The translations under genes and the position numbers were made by a program. Positions 63,612-64,000 of a DNA stretch of 64,000 bases are shown here, one piece after another (within the stretch, counting starts at the first letter, position 1; each line of letters opens with the position of its first letter). Below the pieces are notes generated by a model that was not told the origin of the DNA, made no database searches, and was given only the letters and a program-made list of their open reading frames with translations. The DNA comes from an uncultured Prolixibacteraceae bacterium (GTDB taxonomy: Bacteria; Bacteroidota; Bacteroidia; Bacteroidales; Prolixibacteraceae). The stretch covers positions 2,021,719 through 2,085,718 of the forward strand of contig OW818695.1 of assembly GCA_942493345.1 (NCBI GenBank), written 5' to 3'.

Positions 63612-64000
63612 TTATTGATATTGAACTTTAATTTCTCCCTGTTTCCCGCTGAGATTATTAATCCAAATCCATTGGCTATCGCCTGAATTAAGTTTTTCGA
63701 AAGCCACTTTTTTACCATTAAAAGTTGCATTGAAAATTCTTTTACCGACAGGAATTGGGCCCAATCTTAAACTCATGTTTTTAACCGGATTTTGCAACCC
63801 GTATTTGAATACCTGTCCTTTCTCATCACGAACGTATGAGTATTTAATATTTTGCCTTTTATTTCCTGTCAATACCGGGAAATCGCTTATTTCCATTTGA
63901 TCCCACGACAAGGGAAACCTTGGAACCAGACGAAGATGATCCGAATTGTTGTCATCGATACCCAGCATGAGGCGAAGGGCTTTCTGGCTGTCAGCTAAAT
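63612..64000 (-). CDS. C-terminal part of a protein of unknown function; the gene continues beyond the right window edge
   Basis: The frame stays open upstream of the listed Met (63968) to base 64000 (...LADSQKALRLMLGIDDNN...). The beta-rich C-terminus could be the tail of a glycan-active enzyme, but I cannot assign it. Confidence 0.5.
   Translation of the reverse strand, partial: LADSQKALRLMLGIDDNNSDHLRLVPRFPLSWDQMEISDFPVLTGNKRQNIKYSYVRDEKGQVFKYGLQNPVKNMSLRLGPIPVGKRIFNATFNGKKVAFEKLNSGDSQWIWINNLSGKQGEIKVQYQ

Noticed and set aside
1-64000. Search for tRNA, rRNA, tmRNA, transposase/integrase, phage, toxin-antitoxin or known defence-system genes
   Set aside because: I recognised none on either strand. 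The larger spacers (831-1141, 2213-2486, 17544-17875, 22173-22559, 39230-39464, 60426-60735) did not show cloverleaf-type or other familiar RNA gene structure by eye. A covariance-model scan (Infernal/Rfam, tRNAscan-SE) would be needed to be sure.

Overview
Chromosomal segment with a typical Bacteroidota layout: SusC/SusD outer-membrane pairs, ECF sigma/FecR modules, many lipoprotein and SPI signal peptides, and tightly packed co-directional operons. The order (Marinilabiliales- or Prolixibacteraceae-like) is only a guess. I found no rRNA, tRNA, CRISPR array, transposase, integrase or phage genes.

Gene content, left to right:
- (1) 1-17543, minus strand: an ECF-sigma/FecR/SusC/SusD locus. Its downstream cargo is three metallophosphoesterases plus three paralogous secreted proteins of about 545 aa and unknown function. 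A truncated GH-like lipoprotein sits at the left window edge.
- (2) 17876-23861: a housekeeping island with mscL, a HAD hydrolase, a lipid kinase, an LD-carboxypeptidase, YraN, an orphan receiver and a glycosyltransferase.
- (3) 23943-36773, minus strand: a second FecR/SusC/SusD locus with no adjacent sigma gene. Its cargo is two metallophosphoesterases, a PHP-domain phosphoesterase, an anion-type MFS permease and a FAD oxidoreductase.
- (4) 36948-43240: MmcQ/YjbR, a C1 peptidase, an S4 protein, a Ser-less ACP-like mini-protein, a GNAT, and three tandem cyclophilins.
- (5) 43267-47891: an 812-aa secreted HExxH protein downstream of nrfHA (pentaheme nitrite reductase).
- (6) 48047-51184: an operon of phosphodiester glycosidase, TIM-barrel and SGNH esterase. 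Next to it lie relics of a SusD gene and an ECF sigma gene.
- (7) 51946-61593: an AraC-controlled sugar operon ending in the L-xylulose-5-P route (FGGY kinase, 3-epimerase, 4-epimerase), with several unassigned enzymes.
- (8) 61669-63552: a metallophosphoesterase fused to a beta-propeller.

The main candidate for something new is the pair of SusCD loci, plus satellite genes, built around phosphoester-cleaving enzymes and the triplicated unknown family rather than around glycoside hydrolases. A small hairpin-repeat family and a hairpin conserved between the two FecR-SusC junctions are also visible directly in the DNA.
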